DNA of 64,000 bases, taken from the NCBI GenBank assembly GCA_945907765.1, contig CAMDTO010000004.1:3159-67158 (forward strand). The letters are read 5' to 3'. The stretch comes from Thermoflexus hugenholtzii JAD2 (lineage in GTDB: Bacteria > Chloroflexota > UBA11872 > UBA12225). The position numbers were made by a program, and so were the translations under genes. The notes beneath the pieces are model-generated. The model ran no database searches. It was not told the DNA's origin and saw only the letters and a program-made list of their open reading frames with translations. Of this stretch, positions 18,382 to 28,853 are shown one piece after another (the stretch's first letter is position 1; the number at the start of each line of letters is the position of its first letter).

Positions 18382-20286
18382 ATGACGACAGCGCCCCCTG
18401 CATTCCCCCAACGCCGGTCGCTCCCGATTGACCGGACTATCCTGTTTGTGACCCTGATGGTCGCGCTCGGGCTCGTCCTGATCGCGCAACTCTGGTACCT
18501 GCAGGTAGCCACCGGAGCGCAGTACCTGCAACGGGCAAACACGAACCGGCTGCGGGTCGAAACCGAGAAGCCACTCCGCGGGGTGATCTATGATCGCAAC
18601 GGAGTGGTAGTGGCGCGCAATGTCTCCAGTTTCACCGCCAGCATCCGGCCGACCGACCTTCCCCGCGACCGGACAGCCCGGAACGATGTCTTTGCCCGTC
18701 TAGGGTCGATCATCGAGATGTCGCCCGATGAGATCGGCAAGTTTGTCGAACCGGGCCGGGTTGACCCCTTCCTGCTCACTCGGATCAAGTCTCCGATCAC
18801 GCGAGAGATGGCCTTGATTCTAGAGGAACAACATACGCGACTTCCGGGTGTCGTGGTCCAGTTCACTCCGGTGCGTGAGTATCCGGTGGGACTGTTGTTG
18901 GGCCAGTTGCTTGGCTACACCGGGCCAATCCCGCCAAGCCAGGTTGACGCACGCGTGGCTTCCGGGTACGGCCCGGACGAGTTCATCGGTCTTTCGGGCG
19001 TTGAGTCGAGTTTCGAGGACGAACTACGGGGCACCGCTGGTCGCCAACAGGTGGAAGTGGACGCGATGGGGCGGGTGACCAATGTCATCGAGACACTGGC
19101 GCCGACAATCCCCGGTGCGAATGTCGTCTTGACCATCGATGGGTCGCTCCAGGAACTGGCGGCTGCAGTGCTTGCCCGGGGAATGAACAGGGCAAAGAGC
19201 CAGCAAGGCTCTCTCGTTGCCATGGATCCTTCAACTGGCGAGATCCTGGCGATGGTCAGTCTGCCGGGCTACGACAACAACCTGTTTGCAACCGGGATCA
19301 GTCAGGCCGAGTACAGTCGACTCGCGAATGATGTCTGGCGACCGCTCTTTTCGCATGCGGTCGGTGGCCAGGTGCCACCCGGGTCAACGTTCAAGATGGT
19401 CACGGCCGCGGCCGCGCTGCAGGAACGAATTGTCACACCGACCACAAATGTATCGTGTAACGGGTCGATTACCCGAAATGGTCTCCAATTCCGCGACTGG
19501 ACGCTACAGGGACACGGGCCAGTCAACGCGAGGCAGGCCCTTGGGGTGTCGTGCGACATCTACTTTTATTCTGTCACTGGCGGGAATCCTTACTCAGGTC
19601 TTCAAGGTCTTGGGATTGCGCGCTTGGCGACCTATGCCCGGGCGTTCGGGCTTGGCGAGAAGACTGGTGTTCGATTACCCGGCGAATCCCCCGGTCTGGT
19701 TCCATCGCCGGAGTGGAAGCGTCGGGCGAAGGGTGAACCGTGGTATGTCGGTGACGAGTACAACATCGGCATCGGCCAGGGTTATCTGTTGGCGACCCCG
19801 TTGCAGCTCGCTTCAATGACGGCGACGCTTGCGAACGGTGGCACCGTGTACCGGCCTAGGGTTGTCCGGGAGCTACGGGAAACCGGTGGGGCAACGCGGA
19901 CTACCTATCGCCCTGATGCGGTTCGGACCCTGCCGGTGAATGCGGAGTACGTGGCGGCTATCCGGGCAGGGATGCGCGATGTGACGAACTCTCCCTTGAT
20001 CGTGCCGGGGTTCGCGGGGACGGCACTTGCCCCGTTACGAACCTTCGGTCTCGATATGGCGGGAAAGACGGGTACCGCTGAGTTCGAGGGCCCCCGAGAC
20101 TCCAAGGGTCAACTTCCCACGCACGCGCTGTTTGTCGGCTATGCGCCAGCTTCGGATCCGAGGATCGCGGTGGCAGTCTTTGTGTACGGCGGCGGTGAGG
20201 GGTCGGAAATTGCCGCACCGATCGCGGGCGAAGTGATCCGTACGTACCTGTACGGGGTTCCCCTTGCGACGTCCATAGACAGGTAA
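18382..20286 (+). CDS. mrdA: penicillin-binding protein 2 (elongasome transpeptidase)
   Basis: 'RGVIYDRNG' dimerisation domain, active-site 'STFK', later 'SCD' (SxN-type) and 'KTGTAE' motifs. TAA stop. Confidence 0.9.
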   Translation: MTTAPPAFPQRRSLPIDRTILFVTLMVALGLVLIAQLWYLQVATGAQYLQRANTNRLRVETEKPLRGVIYDRNGVVVARNVSSFTASIRPTDLPRDRTARNDVFARLGSIIEMSPDEIGKFVEPGRVDPFLLTRIKSPITREMALILEEQHTRLPGVVVQFTPVREYPVGLLLGQLLGYTGPIPPSQVDARVASGYGPDEFIGLSGVESSFEDELRGTAGRQQVEVDAMGRVTNVIETLAPTIPGANVVLTIDGSLQELAAAVLARGMNRAKSQQGSLVAMDPSTGEILAMVSLPGYDNNLFATGISQAEYSRLANDVWRPLFSHAVGGQVPPGSTFKMVTAAAALQERIVTPTTNVSCNGSITRNGLQFRDWTLQGHGPVNARQALGVSCDIYFYSVTGGNPYSGLQGLGIARLATYARAFGLGEKTGVRLPGESPGLVPSPEWKRRAKGEPWYVGDEYNIGIGQGYLLATPLQLASMTATLANGGTVYRPRVVRELRETGGATRTTYRPDAVRTLPVNAEYVAAIRAGMRDVTNSPLIVPGFAGTALAPLRTFGLDMAGKTGTAEFEGPRDSKGQLPTHALFVGYAPASDPRIAVAVFVYGGGEGSEIAAPIAGEVIRTYLYGVPLATSIDR

Positions 20287-20483
20287 TCGTAACTGGTTAT
20301 TTAAAGTGAATCCTGTCTGCGAGGGCGCCGGGAATCCCGGTGGGCGTGGCTACCCGTGCCGGTAGACTTCCGGCAAAGCGTGGTGCCTAAGGGAACAGGC
20401 CGGCGAGCGCGCCGACGGTCCCAGATGGTTGAACGTTATCGCCGATGCGCTTGCACGTCCGTCAGACGTGCGTCTGGCACGAA

Positions 20484-21851
20484 ATGCAACGACCATCCTG
20501 GCGAAACTTTGATCCTATCCTCCTAGCAGTCTCGATCTTGCTCGTCGGGTACGGGTTATTGGTCATTGCCAGTGCAACACGCGTAGTCGACGTCTCAACG
20601 AACCCAGCCCTCATTCGCCAGGCGGTGATCGGGGTAGTCGGGGTCATTGTGATGATCGCGCTTTCATTTATCGACTACCGCGCCGTCGGCCAGATTGCGC
20701 CAATCCTGTACATCGGCATGATCGTCACTCTGGTGTTCGTGCTCGTCCTGGGTACGTTCGTGGCGGGAGCCCAACGCTGGCTCGATGTTGCAGGCATCCG
20801 GATACAGCCTTCCGAACTGGCGAAACTGATCATCGTGATCTGCCTGGCGAGGTTCTTTGCCGGGCGCACAAAGGAACCAACCGCAAACGAAAGCCGAGCC
20901 ACCCCCACGACCGGGATGTTCGCGGAACATGTCAGGACAAGCCTAGTTGCCTTGGCAATCGTCGCGCCCGCCGTGGTGCTCGTCTACTTGCAACCAGACC
21001 TTGGCACAACGCTCGTACTGATTGCGATCTACTTCAGCATTGCCTACTTCGCCGGGGCGCCCTACGCCATTCTTGGAGGACTGGCGAGCGTTCCGTTGCT
21101 TGGTTTTCCGGTTGTGTGGCAGGTGATGAAACCGTACATGCGCCGACGCATTACCTCATTCCTGTCGCCAGACCGGGACCCACTGGGGGAGGGCTACAAC
21201 CTGATCCAGGCGCGGATCAGTGTCGGTTCGGGAGGTTGGTGGGGGCGTGGTCTTGGCAACGGCACGCAGACCCAACTGAATTTCCTCAGGGTCCAACACA
21301 CCGACTTCATCTTTGCGGTGATGGGTGAGGAACTCGGGTTCATGGGAGGGAGCGGCCTTCTTGTGCTCTACGGTGTCCTACTTTGGCGATGCCTGCGCGC
21401 TGTGCACGTTTCTCGCGATGCGTTTGGTCGTTACCTCGCTGGTGGGGTCACAGGGATGGTGCTCTTCCAAGCGTTCGTGAACATTGGCATGAACATTGGC
21501 CTCCTGCCCGTGACGGGCATTCCATTGCCGTTCATCAGTTTCGGGGGATCATCACTGCTTACGCTCTTCGCTTCGCTCGGCATCCTCCAGAGTGTCCTTG
21601 TTCACTCCCAGTCGCGGCGCTATGACGCCCGGCCAAGTGTGGAGGTTCCCGCAAGAAGCCGTCTGAGGGCAGGCCGGTTTGCATTGCCATTCGTCCCTGA
21701 CACAGACATTGCATTTCCCTCAGTCACTCGGTATGACCGGCTGGCTGACCCGATTGTTGGGCGCGATGAGACGGTTCGGGCGCGCCCCCCGGTCGGGTCG
21801 CGGAGACTTCCGGATCCGGTGGGTCGTGGTGGAACCATCGGACGGGCCTAG
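20484..21851 (+). CDS. rodA: SEDS peptidoglycan polymerase RodA, with a ~90-aa C-terminal tail
   Basis: 'RIQPSELAKL', 'LQPDLGT', 'HTDFIFAVMGEELGF' and 'PLPFISFGGSS'. I preferred the ATG at 20484 (MQRPSWRNFD) over 20445. Confidence 0.9.
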   Translation: MQRPSWRNFDPILLAVSILLVGYGLLVIASATRVVDVSTNPALIRQAVIGVVGVIVMIALSFIDYRAVGQIAPILYIGMIVTLVFVLVLGTFVAGAQRWLDVAGIRIQPSELAKLIIVICLARFFAGRTKEPTANESRATPTTGMFAEHVRTSLVALAIVAPAVVLVYLQPDLGTTLVLIAIYFSIAYFAGAPYAILGGLASVPLLGFPVVWQVMKPYMRRRITSFLSPDRDPLGEGYNLIQARISVGSGGWWGRGLGNGTQTQLNFLRVQHTDFIFAVMGEELGFMGGSGLLVLYGVLLWRCLRAVHVSRDAFGRYLAGGVTGMVLFQAFVNIGMNIGLLPVTGIPLPFISFGGSSLLTLFASLGILQSVLVHSQSRRYDARPSVEVPARSRLRAGRFALPFVPDTDIAFPSVTRYDRLADPIVGRDETVRARPPVGSRRLPDPVGRGGTIGRA

Positions 21852-22069
21852 GTGAGGCCGGTGATCGGGACCGTTCCCGGTGTCGAGTCCGTGCGGGTGC
21901 CACAATCTCCCCGGCATATTTCAAGGCGACTTCTGTGGGTTAGGGTTGGCTTCGGCATTCCGGCCCGTGCTTGGCGCGGGATGGTGCGCTAGCCCCTCGT
22001 GCTGCAATCGAACCGGTATCTGCCGGGAGGCAGGCAATCCATTGGGCGAACGGAGGCAGGTTCGTGGTG

Positions 22070-22990
22070 ATGTCTACTGGGTCACGCGTTGTCGTTCAGG
22101 TTCCAGCAACTTCGGCGAACCTCGGACCGGGTTTCGACGCGCTTGGCCTCGCACTCGATATTCGCGAGGAATTGCGCCTGTGGGTGGGTTCCGAGGGTCA
22201 TTCACTTGAAATCAGTGTTACCGGGGTGAACGCGGGGGTTTTCCCGGAGGATGAGACGTTGCTCGCATACCGGTCAGCGGTCGCAGTTTTCGACCGGATT
22301 GGCATGCGAGTCCCTCCACTGGGTCTTGAACTTGTGACGCGCATCCCGCGTTCGGGTGGGCTTGGAGGCAGTGCGGCGGCCATCGTTGCCGGTGTCGTTG
22401 CGGCCAATGCCTTGGCGGGGAGGCCACTGGACCGGGCTGGCGAACTCGCACTGGTGGCTGAAATCGAGGGCCACCCCGACAACGTGTCCGCGGCGCTGCT
22501 TGGCGGGTTGGTTGTCTGTGTGGCTGGTCGGGATGGCTTGGTGACGTCACGATTATCTGTCGACAGTGACCTCCGGGCTGTCGTGTGCCTGCCGGATGAG
22601 GCGATTTCCACGAAGTCGGCACGGGGTGTCATCCCGCGGGAGTTTCCGATCGGCGATGCGGTGTTCAATCTTGGGCGGACGGCATTGCTGGTGGCATCGT
22701 TCGCGACCAAGGATTGGGGCCTTCTACGCGATGCGATGGATGACCGCATCCACCAGCCGGCACGTGGTGGGATCTTTCCGGCCTTGCATCCGACTATCGA
22801 GGCGGCACTCGCGGCCGGTGCGCACGGCGCGGCGCTGAGCGGTGCTGGTGCGGCGATCATTGCGCTCGCGACCGACCGCTTCGAGGCGATCGCCACCGCA
22901 ATGCATGAAGCGGCCGCACGGCACGGATACCCGAACCAGACCCTTGAGTTGGGTCTTACAAACCGTGGCGCAGAAGTCATCACCGGATAA
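22070..22990 (+). CDS. thrB: homoserine kinase
   Basis: 'VQVPATSANLGPGFDALGLAL' and the GHMP motif 'PRSGGLGGSAAAIVAG'. GGAGG lies upstream of the ATG at 22070. Confidence 0.9.
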   Translation: MSTGSRVVVQVPATSANLGPGFDALGLALDIREELRLWVGSEGHSLEISVTGVNAGVFPEDETLLAYRSAVAVFDRIGMRVPPLGLELVTRIPRSGGLGGSAAAIVAGVVAANALAGRPLDRAGELALVAEIEGHPDNVSAALLGGLVVCVAGRDGLVTSRLSVDSDLRAVVCLPDEAISTKSARGVIPREFPIGDAVFNLGRTALLVASFATKDWGLLRDAMDDRIHQPARGGIFPALHPTIEAALAAGAHGAALSGAGAAIIALATDRFEAIATAMHEAAARHGYPNQTLELGLTNRGAEVITG

Positions 22991-23260
22991 CTGCCTGATG
23001 TACCCGGCGGGAAACCCGGTCTGAACTCTGTCACCAATCACCCGCACAGGTAGAGATGAGGCATCTTCCAGAGGTCCCGACAAGAGACCAGGGCGGAGGT
23101 GCCATGACGGTCCAGTGGGAAGTTCAAAAACTTCATGTGTGGAAGTTCCATATTCCTGTCGCCCAATTTTGAACATTGGGGCCGGACGTACTGCGAGGTT
23201 GCTGGCGGTCGTGAATGTTGTCGTCAGCGTTGTGTCCTGGTGCGACATATACTGCCGGTC

Positions 23261-24880
23261 ATGCGGAAAATGATGGCGCATTGGTTGCTGGTCTACGGCG
23301 GCACGATCCTGACGCAGGATGGGGCTGCTCCACGGGTCGAAGCTCTACTGGCGCGTGATGGCGTGATCGTTGCCACCGGCCTTCGCGATGACATGGAATC
23401 TCTCGCCCGTCACTGGGCGGCGGAAATGCCAGTGAAAGCCCTTGACCTTGAGGGCGCAACCGCCATGCCGGGGTTCATTGATGCGCACATCCATCTGCTT
23501 GGGTGGGCGTCAAGCCTCGACCGCGTGCCGCTTGGAAATGCCACCACGCGTGCGGAGATCGTCAGTCGTGTCGCCGTGGCCGTCGGCTCCGCCACACCTG
23601 GTTCGTGGGTTCAAGGTTGGGGATGGGACCATTCCCTTTGGGACGACACGGATGGTGGCTTTCCGGATGCATCAGTCCTTGATGCGGTCGCCCCGGACGT
23701 GCCGGTGTGGTTGCGCCGCAAGGACGGCCACATGGCCTGGATGAACTCGAAGGCGATGTCTCTTGCGGGACTGAACGCCGGGACCGAGGCACCTCCGGGT
23801 GGGTTGATCGGGCGCGATGTGCATGGTGCACCCAATGGCCTGTTGTTCGAGAACGCGATGGATCTGGTCGAGCATGTCGTGCCAGGCCTGGATCTTGCCA
23901 CGGCAATCAACACGCTCAGGCGGCGGGCCGGAGACCTGCACCGGATGGGTGTAACCGGGGTGCATATCCCCGAGGGACGCCTCACGTTCCAGGCATTGCA
24001 GGACCTTGATGCCATGGGCGAACTTGGTCTCCGGGCAAGCATGATGCTCCCCTTTGACACGCTTTCAAAGTGCGTGGAGGCAGGCCTCCGCACCGGGCTC
24101 GGATCCGAACGATTGCGTGTGGGCCACGTGAAACTGTTTGTCGATGGATCGCTAGGGTCTGAGACTGCAGCGATGTTTGATCCCTTCATCGGGTCGGCCG
24201 GCAATCGTGGGATCCTGACAATGACCCTTGACCAGTTGCACGATGGGGTTGCGCTGGCGTCGCGGTCAGGGATTGCACCGGCCGTCCATGCGATCGGGGA
24301 CCGGGCGAACAGCGTGGTCCTCGACGCATTCGAGGCGACCCGAGAACTGTGGCACCGTGCTGGATTGCGTCCACGGATCGAACACGTTCAGGTGCTCCAC
24401 GCGGACGATGTGCCGCGGTTCAGGAAGCTTGGTGTGGTGGCCTCGATGCAACCGATCCATGCGACGCAGGACATGGATCAGGTTGATCGTCTCTGGGGTG
24501 ACCGTGGCCGATATGCGTACGCCTTCGGGAGTCTGGCTGCTACTGGGGCTGTCCTGGCATTCGGGTCGGATGCACCGGTTGAGACGCCTGACCCGCTGGT
24601 TGGTGTCGTGGCTGCGGTGACACGTCAAAAGCCCGGTGGTGATCCGCCTGGAGGGTGGTATCCCGAGGAGCGTCTGACGATTGGTCAGACGTTGGCAGCG
24701 TATACGATCGGAGCGGCCTTCGCCGGGGGCGATGAAGGTCGGTTGGGCCAACTGATCCCCGGGGCGCGCGCTGATCTGGCAATCCTGGACCGAGATCCCG
24801 TGCGCACGCCGATGGAAAACCTTTCCAGCATCCGGGTGGTCGCAACCGTCTTTGACGGTGAAGTGGTGTACCGCGCGTAG
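23261..24880 (+). CDS. amidohydrolase-3 family metal-dependent hydrolase (YtcJ-like)
   Basis: 'PGFIDAHIHLLGW', 'HAIGDRAN' and 'FGSDAPVE' motifs. Confidence 0.8.
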   Translation: MRKMMAHWLLVYGGTILTQDGAAPRVEALLARDGVIVATGLRDDMESLARHWAAEMPVKALDLEGATAMPGFIDAHIHLLGWASSLDRVPLGNATTRAEIVSRVAVAVGSATPGSWVQGWGWDHSLWDDTDGGFPDASVLDAVAPDVPVWLRRKDGHMAWMNSKAMSLAGLNAGTEAPPGGLIGRDVHGAPNGLLFENAMDLVEHVVPGLDLATAINTLRRRAGDLHRMGVTGVHIPEGRLTFQALQDLDAMGELGLRASMMLPFDTLSKCVEAGLRTGLGSERLRVGHVKLFVDGSLGSETAAMFDPFIGSAGNRGILTMTLDQLHDGVALASRSGIAPAVHAIGDRANSVVLDAFEATRELWHRAGLRPRIEHVQVLHADDVPRFRKLGVVASMQPIHATQDMDQVDRLWGDRGRYAYAFGSLAATGAVLAFGSDAPVETPDPLVGVVAAVTRQKPGGDPPGGWYPEERLTIGQTLAAYTIGAAFAGGDEGRLGQLIPGARADLAILDRDPVRTPMENLSSIRVVATVFDGEVVYRA

Positions 24881-25037
24881 GCACTTAGCGCTGGCGCTTG
24901 CAACCAAGAGTTCAAGCGCTGTGTCTGGTTCATGCGTTGGCAGGGGTGGCCACGGACCGTGCCTTTGGGAGTGCCGAACAGGCGGTTGCGGGTACCCGAG
25001 TCAGGGTCGATAGCCGGGATCACGTACCCTTAACTCA

Positions 25038-26237
25038 ATGCGAATTGGCCTGATCTCCGCGGAATACCCGCCACGAACCGGCGGCGTAGGCGATCACACC
25101 GCGCGTCTGGCGCACGAGTTGCGTGGGCTTGGTCACGGGGTCCAAGTCGTTACAAGTTACGGGACGAATAGCCCGGACGATGACAACCTCGCTCGCGGAT
25201 CGCGCGTGCAACGCATCGTGGACCGTTGGGACTGGCGCATCTTGTTCTCGGTACCCCGCTTGGCGATCCGGCAGGCGTGGGATGTCGCGCATATTCAATA
25301 TCAACCAGGCGCATACGCCCTGAACGGTGCAATCTGCCTCCTTCCGCGTTTCCTGCGGAGGCGCCCGACCGCGCCAGCAGTCGTCACGACTTTCCACGAC
25401 CTTGCCGTTCCGTATCTCTTTCCGAAGGCAGGGAAGTTGCGTCGCCGGTTCGTGCAAGACATGGCCCAGAACTCTGACGGGATCCTCTCGGTCTCCGACG
25501 ACTCGGTTGGGCAGTTGTACGGTTGGACGGCTGGCCTTGGTCACCAGATAGCCGTGGCGCATGTTCCACTGGGCAACCACTTTGATGAAGCCCCTCCCCC
25601 AGGGTTCGACCGGGATGCGTGGCGAGCCGAACGTGGAATTGGGCCTGGTTCGATTGTGCTTGGCCATCTCGGCTTCGTAAATGCAAGCAAGGCCGTTGAC
25701 GCGACGGTCACGGCGATGGCGATGTTGGTCGCCGCCGGGCACGATGCCCATTTGCTGATGATCGGGCAGGTGGTGAGTGCGACGGATCCTGACAGTGGCC
25801 GCTATCTCGATTCCTTGATCTCGATGATTGGCAAGCTTGGACTGACAGACCGCGTGCACTGGACGTCGCGGGTTTCCGTCCCTGACGCAGTCGGGTGGTT
25901 GCGGTGTGTGGACATCATGTCACTGCCGTTCCGGGATGGCGCATCGCTGCGACGGACAGGCCTGATTGCGGCGTGGGCGCAAGGGATCCCCGTGGTGACG
26001 ACCGAACCGTCCATGCCAGTGGACTGGTTGCGGGGTACGCCTCCAGTGGAGATTGCGTACGCGCCTGATCCGCAGGCGATTGCAATCGCGATAGACAAGC
26101 TGATCATGTCGCCAGATTTGCGCCAGGAATTGCAGACGCGGGGCCAGGAGTTCGCGACCCGTTTTGAATGGCCCTCGGTGGTGGCGTCAACACTCAACCT
26201 ATACCGCGAAGCGAGGCAGGCACCCGCCCGGAAGTAG
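25038..26237 (+). CDS. glycosyltransferase family 4 (GT-B)
   Basis: 'MRIGLISAEYPPRTGGVGDHT' and a C-terminal E-x7-E-like region ('SLPFRDGASLRRTGLIAAWAQGIPVVT'). Confidence 0.85.
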   Translation: MRIGLISAEYPPRTGGVGDHTARLAHELRGLGHGVQVVTSYGTNSPDDDNLARGSRVQRIVDRWDWRILFSVPRLAIRQAWDVAHIQYQPGAYALNGAICLLPRFLRRRPTAPAVVTTFHDLAVPYLFPKAGKLRRRFVQDMAQNSDGILSVSDDSVGQLYGWTAGLGHQIAVAHVPLGNHFDEAPPPGFDRDAWRAERGIGPGSIVLGHLGFVNASKAVDATVTAMAMLVAAGHDAHLLMIGQVVSATDPDSGRYLDSLISMIGKLGLTDRVHWTSRVSVPDAVGWLRCVDIMSLPFRDGASLRRTGLIAAWAQGIPVVTTEPSMPVDWLRGTPPVEIAYAPDPQAIAIAIDKLIMSPDLRQELQTRGQEFATRFEWPSVVASTLNLYREARQAPARK

Positions 26238-26265
26238 CCCTGAGCATCCCATCGTCGGCGTTGAA

Positions 26266-27888
26266 CTACGATAGTGGTCGCACAGCTCGACCTTGGGAAC
26301 AGATTGCTTGGGCGGAGGGTGTTTGGCGAACGACCGATAGCAGGAGTTCGCGGTCTGCCGGCGTGATGGCTCCACCGAACCACAACGCCAACGGATATAC
26401 GGCGCACGCGAGGATGCCAGCACCCCAGTCCGTCAAGGGAGTAACCGCCACGATGATCCCGGCGAAAAGGATCGCGGCGGGCACTGGTCGCAGGATGGCG
26501 ACGGCAAGGGTATTCAGCGGTATCCGTGATCCGATCACCCGGACAAATGGTGCAAGCAGGACAACTTCGGTGGCAATCGTGACCACGGCAGCCGCGCGAT
26601 AGCCGAACATCGGGATCAGGATCAGGTTGGCTCCAAGGTTGAATGCGGCGGCAATTGCAAACGCAACAGTGATTCGCGATTGCAGTCCCAGAGCGATAAG
26701 CACGTACTGTGTCAGGCCATTGATGAAACTCAAGGGCAGGAACCAGATCAGGATCTGCAGGGCGCGGGCGCTTTCGGGCAGGAACGGTTCACCCCATAGC
26801 AGGCGTGAGACCGGGTACGCGGTCCACGTAAGCAATGTCGCCAACGGGATCGCGACCGCGACGAGGAGTGTCAGGGCTAGGTGGTAGATGCGGGCGAGGG
26901 CCCCGTCGGCGTCACCGGCGCGGCGCGACAAGACCGGGAAGAGTGCGAGCACGAAACTGCTTGGCACAGTGCCAACGCCATCGATGATCTTATAAGCGCT
27001 CGCGTATTGACCGACCGTGGCGCGGCCCCATGAGCCAAGGATCTGGACGTCAATGCGAAAGAAGACATTGTTCAGGAGGTTGTTGAGCATCAGGGGTACG
27101 GTGTCGGTTGCGAGGGACCGCGCGGACCGGTCGGGCCAGATGACAGCGAGCGGGAAGAAGGTCCGTCGCACCGCCACGGCAAAGATGATTGCGCTGATCA
27201 CGTTGGTGAGGAGTGAAACGGCGGCGAGTCCGACTGTGCCTTGGCCGGCGAGGATTGCGATCATCCCGGCCACGGTAGATATGCCACCGGAAACCAGCTG
27301 CATTGCCGCTGGGAAGATCATGCGCTCATTCGCGTTGAAGACCGCACTTCCTGACGCGCTGATGGCACCGGGTATGAGGCCGATCGCAAGTAGGACAATC
27401 GTCCAGGCGAGGTCAACTGAGAGCCGTCCAGTTGAGACACCAACGATTGCAAGCAGGCCCATCAGGATGGCTGCGATCGCGCTCAGGACAAGCCGGATGC
27501 CGAGTGTGGATGCCACGACGGTTCGTGTGTGGGCGGAGCCATCGGTGAGGTTGCGCGCGCGGGCGACCTCGCGGGTAAGCCATGTACCGAGGCCGAAGTC
27601 CGCGATGATGCTGGCGTACAACCAGAGATTCACGGCGATGGCGTAGTCGCCAGTTCCGCCCGGCCCAATGGTGCGGGCCATCACGATGGCCAGACCCCAA
27701 GAGAGCACCCGCGCGCCGAGAGAGGCGATAAATGGTGAGGCCGTGTTCTTCAGGATGCGCCGTGCAGTGCTGCCCGTGGCCGGGATCGCATCCCGCTCAG
27801 GGACTGCGTCCGGGGTCGGTTCGTCACCCGTAGGCACTGACTTGGCCGGGATGTTGTCGGGTGCGTCGGGCTGATTGACTGTCATCAT
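26266..27888 (-). CDS. MOP-superfamily polysaccharide/oligosaccharide flippase (Wzx-like)
   Basis: 540 aa with about 14 predicted TM helices and 'ILKNTASPFIASLGARVLSWGLAIVMAR...GDYAIAVNL'. Convergent with the GT4 gene. Confidence 0.8.
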   Translation of the reverse strand: MMTVNQPDAPDNIPAKSVPTGDEPTPDAVPERDAIPATGSTARRILKNTASPFIASLGARVLSWGLAIVMARTIGPGGTGDYAIAVNLWLYASIIADFGLGTWLTREVARARNLTDGSAHTRTVVASTLGIRLVLSAIAAILMGLLAIVGVSTGRLSVDLAWTIVLLAIGLIPGAISASGSAVFNANERMIFPAAMQLVSGGISTVAGMIAILAGQGTVGLAAVSLLTNVISAIIFAVAVRRTFFPLAVIWPDRSARSLATDTVPLMLNNLLNNVFFRIDVQILGSWGRATVGQYASAYKIIDGVGTVPSSFVLALFPVLSRRAGDADGALARIYHLALTLLVAVAIPLATLLTWTAYPVSRLLWGEPFLPESARALQILIWFLPLSFINGLTQYVLIALGLQSRITVAFAIAAAFNLGANLILIPMFGYRAAAVVTIATEVVLLAPFVRVIGSRIPLNTLAVAILRPVPAAILFAGIIVAVTPLTDWGAGILACAVYPLALWFGGAITPADRELLLSVVRQTPSAQAICSQGRAVRPLS

Positions 27889-27953
27889 CCTACTTTGTCT
27901 TGCCGAACGACCTCCATTGTCGTCTGGCGAGGATTCAAGTGCATAACGCGCGA

Positions 27954-28853
27954 ATGGACCGTGCTAGCACGACCGTGAATAATCATTCGGAGACCGGCTA
28001 CCCTTTTACAACCTCAAACGGCCGGGAACCAATCGTGCAGGCGGTGGGTGTCAAAGGTGAGTTCGCGGTGGAAGACACAGACAGGCTTCAATCCGTGCAT
28101 TCGCCCTCAGCGACCCGTCGGCCGGTGATCGGGATTACCGCGTACTCACACATTCCCGAGAACGCTCCGCTTGGCCTGCCGATCATTGGCGCGCGGTCGG
28201 CAGATGTTCACGCCGTCCAAAGGGCCGGGGGATTGGTGTTTCTGTTGCCTCCTATTTCGGATGCAGATGAGATTGATCAGGTGCTTGACCTTGTTGACGG
28301 GCTGTTGTTTACCGGGGGCAGGGATGTTGATCCCGCTGAGTACGGCGAGACGCCAGTGAACGACACTCTGGTGGTGACGCCTGAACGCGACGCCTTTGAA
28401 CTGCCCCTGATGCGCCGTGCCGTTGCCCGTGACCTACCCGTGCTTGCGATCTGCCGTGGTTGCCAGGTGATGGGTGTCGCGCTTGGGGGATCCCTCTGGC
28501 AAGACCTGCCCTCGCAGAAACCAGACGGATTGGTGCACTCCCAGAAGGAGGCACGGGCCGAGACGACCCACACGGTACGGGTTGAACCCCACACGCGATT
28601 GCAGGCAATTCTCGGCGTGTCTCCGTTCGAGGATGTGCCGACAAACTCGTTTCACCACCAGGCGATCCATCGTGTCCCGGACGGCTTCGTCCCGACGGCG
28701 TATGCACCCGACGGATGCATCGAGGCCATAGAGGCACCCGCCCGTCGTTTTGCCGTGGGTGTGCAGTGGCATCCCGAGTTCCTTGCGCCGGGACAAGAGG
28801 TCCATCGGCGGTTGTTCGAGTCGCTCGTGAGTGCTTCCCGAGGCGACGTGTGA
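27954..28853 (+). CDS. class-I glutamine amidotransferase-like / peptidase C26 (PuuD-type gamma-glutamyl hydrolase); start uncertain (27900, 27954 or GTG 28095)
   Basis: 'VIGITAY', 'FTGGRDVDPAEYGE', nucleophile elbow 'LAICRGCQVM' and 'VGVQWHPEF'. Confidence 0.8.
   Translation: MDRASTTVNNHSETGYPFTTSNGREPIVQAVGVKGEFAVEDTDRLQSVHSPSATRRPVIGITAYSHIPENAPLGLPIIGARSADVHAVQRAGGLVFLLPPISDADEIDQVLDLVDGLLFTGGRDVDPAEYGETPVNDTLVVTPERDAFELPLMRRAVARDLPVLAICRGCQVMGVALGGSLWQDLPSQKPDGLVHSQKEARAETTHTVRVEPHTRLQAILGVSPFEDVPTNSFHHQAIHRVPDGFVPTAYAPDGCIEAIEAPARRFAVGVQWHPEFLAPGQEVHRRLFESLVSASRGDV

Noticed and set aside
20287-20483. A 197-bp region before rodA with an AT-rich patch ('ggttatttaaagtgaat') and several short hairpins. 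These include GCACGTC-cgtca-GACGTGC at ~20452-20470, and a 'gggaatcccggtgggcg' stretch faintly reminiscent of a cobalamin riboswitch.
   Set aside because: It has no B12 box and no other riboswitch consensus I can recognise, and the hairpins are short. It is most simply a promoter/leader for rodA. An Rfam scan would settle it.
21560-21851. Low-complexity terminal extensions on housekeeping proteins: the RodA C-tail, the GatA C-tail at 34326-34440, the RecX N-terminus at 45240-45543, and the PcrA P/G-rich linker at ~39900-40400.
   Set aside because: These are probably ordinary disordered tails and linkers, or start/stop-choice artefacts in a GC-rich genome. I saw no repeat elements or motifs in them.
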